The notes under the pieces: generated by a model
Databases searched by the model: none
The model's input: the letters and a program-made list of their open reading frames with translations, nothing else
What the model was told of the DNA's origin: nothing
Translations under genes and position numbers: made by a program
Origin: Octopus sinensis
Lineage: Eukaryota
Length of the DNA: 64,000 nucleotides
Reading direction: 5' to 3'
Assembly (NCBI RefSeq): GCF_006345805.1
Contig: NC_043011.1
Coordinates: forward strand, 19,108,464 to 19,172,463
Part shown: piece after piece, positions 61,784 to 64,000 of the stretch
Position numbering within the stretch: position 1 is the first letter of the stretch
Layout of the letters: the number at the start of each line of letters is the position of its first letter

Positions 61784-61899
61784 TCATAAATACAGGAAAC
61801 TTTTTAACAGACGCTGATTAATAATACCATACAGCTACTGTTCCAGTACGACGAAAGTTATAGGACAACACAAAAATATATAAGAGACCATACCCAGTT

Positions 61900-62310
61900 G
61901 TATTTGTCGAGACTCTGACCACTTGATCAAGCGTGTATGATAAACTCTGTTATATATATGAAGCTGAAGTTACAGCTACGATTCAAGAGAAATCAGTTGG
62001 AAGGAAGAACTACATCGGGTTAAAAGAGGGAAAATCCAAGAGATGCCATGCAAACCACCTATCTTCCTTCCGGCACATCGATAAAATGAAGTCGACTAAG
62101 TTGTCTAACTGCGTATAGAATTTGAAGTGCAATTCCACACCACATACAATTAACTAAATAATAGTGAAGAAATAAAAGCCATATGCTAATGGATATTAGA
62201 ATTACAGTTTATGCGTAGCAGAAATATCTCATATTGTTCTTTGAACCAGCAATTCTAACACACTGCTTAATTCGCAATTTAAAATATATAACACGTGTAG
62301 ACACATAGAC
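61900..62310 (+). pseudogene. Decayed PLE GIY-YIG fragment (Naiad-like)
   Basis: YIYEAEV...NYIGL.EG..KR.HANHLSSFRH....STKLSNCV; KPYANG..SLCVAE; TCRH. Confidence 0.8.
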
Positions 62311-63540
62311 AGGATTCATTTATCGAATTGGAAGGCAGGACCCACTACGGACTGAATTGCTCTTTCACAGACTTTGATATATTTTCTGCTCTTGTATTTT
62401 AAAGCGGTAGTATTCAATAAGCTTTCTGTACTCAGGGAGGACCAGAATTTAGTTCTTGATTTCGATTCTTTTTTCTCGTTTCACCTTTTACGCCAACATT
62501 CTTTATGTTTACTCCAGGTTTATTATCTTTATTTTCTTTATTTTCTTACTGTGCAGCGTTAGTGACACATAAATAGAGCCTGAAAGATTGATTTAATGTA
62601 AGGTACATGCTATAAAAAGTTCGGTTGACTTCTAGCATTACACCAGCGTGGGATTTTAAGTTAGCAGTCATCCGAGTCCAAACCATCCATGCCAATTTGT
62701 CTTATATTCTGTGTATCGGCGTGTATTTATATGTGTGTGTGTGCGTGTATGTGTGTGTATATGTGTGTTTGTGTGTATACGTGTGTGCGTGTGTAAATGT
62801 GACACATTTATTTAATGATATCTTGAACCAGCCCCCAGTCTTACCAAATTTTAAGCTTATGTTTATATAAATTATTCCGGATATGTGAGACTCAACAGCG
62901 ATCTTCAGTTTCATTTGCCGAAGAGTACCACGTAAATTTCATCAACTATTACGAACACCGTCCCTATTTGCAGCTGCACATGCTTATATCTTACATCCCA
63001 TTTCGACGCCCATTTTCATTCAAATTCTGGTGTAAATTTATACATTTTTTATTGAATTAAATGCACTGAAGATAATGCTTTATAGATTATCTTAATCACA
63101 GATGTTTTTGCGTAGCACATTTATTCTGGAGTTGAACAGCTCCACCAATGTCAGGTATAGCAATGCCTAATATGAAAATATTATTATATCAGTAATGTAA
63201 TACATTTTTTTATGTTTTTTTAATTTCTTCCTAAACTATCATTTCACAGAATCAACTGACGTCGTATTGGCCGAAAATTATAAAATAATTAGACAGTAGC
63301 ATAGCTTTTGTCGGCTTCAAAGATTCATGTATTTATATAGAATCAGTGAGTAAACACCTTTTTAAATCAAACGAATATCCGTGTTTCTGAGAATAATTTG
63401 AACAAATAGTGAAGAAATATAATTGAAATATTTTCTTATTTCACGCTGCATCAAATAGCGTCGTCGTAGTATGGTATTTATATATAATAATTATGATGAA
63501 GTTAACGATTCTAATGATAATGATATTGCTAATAACACAT

Positions 63541-63945
63541 TCTTTTCTACTCTAGGCACAAGGCTCGAAATTGTTGGGGTGGTGGGCAGTCGATTAGATC
63601 GACCTCAGTACGCAAGTAGTACTTAATTTATCGAACCCGAAGGGATGAAAGGCAAAGTCAACCTCGACAGAGTTTGAATTCAGAAAGTAAAAACAGACGA
63701 AATACCGCTAAGATTTCGCCCAGTGTGCTACAATTTCTTATTTCTTTATTGGGACTAAACATAGAGGGGACAAACAATGAAAACCAAAGGGATTAAGTCG
63801 ATTACATCGACCCTAATGCGTCACTGGTACTTAATTTATCGACCCTGGAAGGACGAAAGGCAAAGTCGACATCGGTGGAATATGAACTCAGAACGTAAGG
63901 GCAGACGAAATGCCGATAAGCATTTCGCCCGGCGTGCTCGCCGCC
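63541..63945 (-). mobile_element. Two adjacent SINE copies (family of 19112)
   Basis: Core 'gtcgatta.atcgacc...gtacttaatttatcgac.c.gaagg.tgaaaggcaaagtc' occurs twice (63541-63735, 63790-63945). Confidence 0.85.
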
Positions 63946-64000
63946 TTTACTAATGATACCTACTATACTAATGACAACAATGATAAAGACTTCGATGACG

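Overview
AT-rich, microsatellite-dense eukaryotic DNA. The SINE heads/tails, (TA)n/(TAGA)n load and Penelope content look like a cephalopod (Octopus-type) genome, which is an inference from recalled repeat families, not a search. I could not support a host protein-coding gene; most short ORFs in the track are translated microsatellites. Recognisable content: several Penelope-like element (PLE) remnants (RT with Y/F-LDD motif, GIY-YIG endonuclease), tRNA-derived SINEs, an R4/Dong-like LINE fragment, non-autonomous Helitrons and a Tc1 transposase split by an internal inversion. Two things stand out. (1) At 41.97-53.43 kb (minus strand) is a head-to-tail array of 1.6-1.9 kb elements from two divergent families. 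They encode only an ORF1/Gag-like CCHC zinc-knuckle protein (no RT or endonuclease) and share a 3' terminal motif. The whole array interrupts an older third relative whose two halves rejoin in frame. (2) Multiple minimal type I hammerhead ribozymes, including two unrelated tandem units (405 nt and 428 nt between cleavage sites) with retrozyme/pLTR architecture, both abutting (TA)n. All alignments, folds and translations were done by eye.
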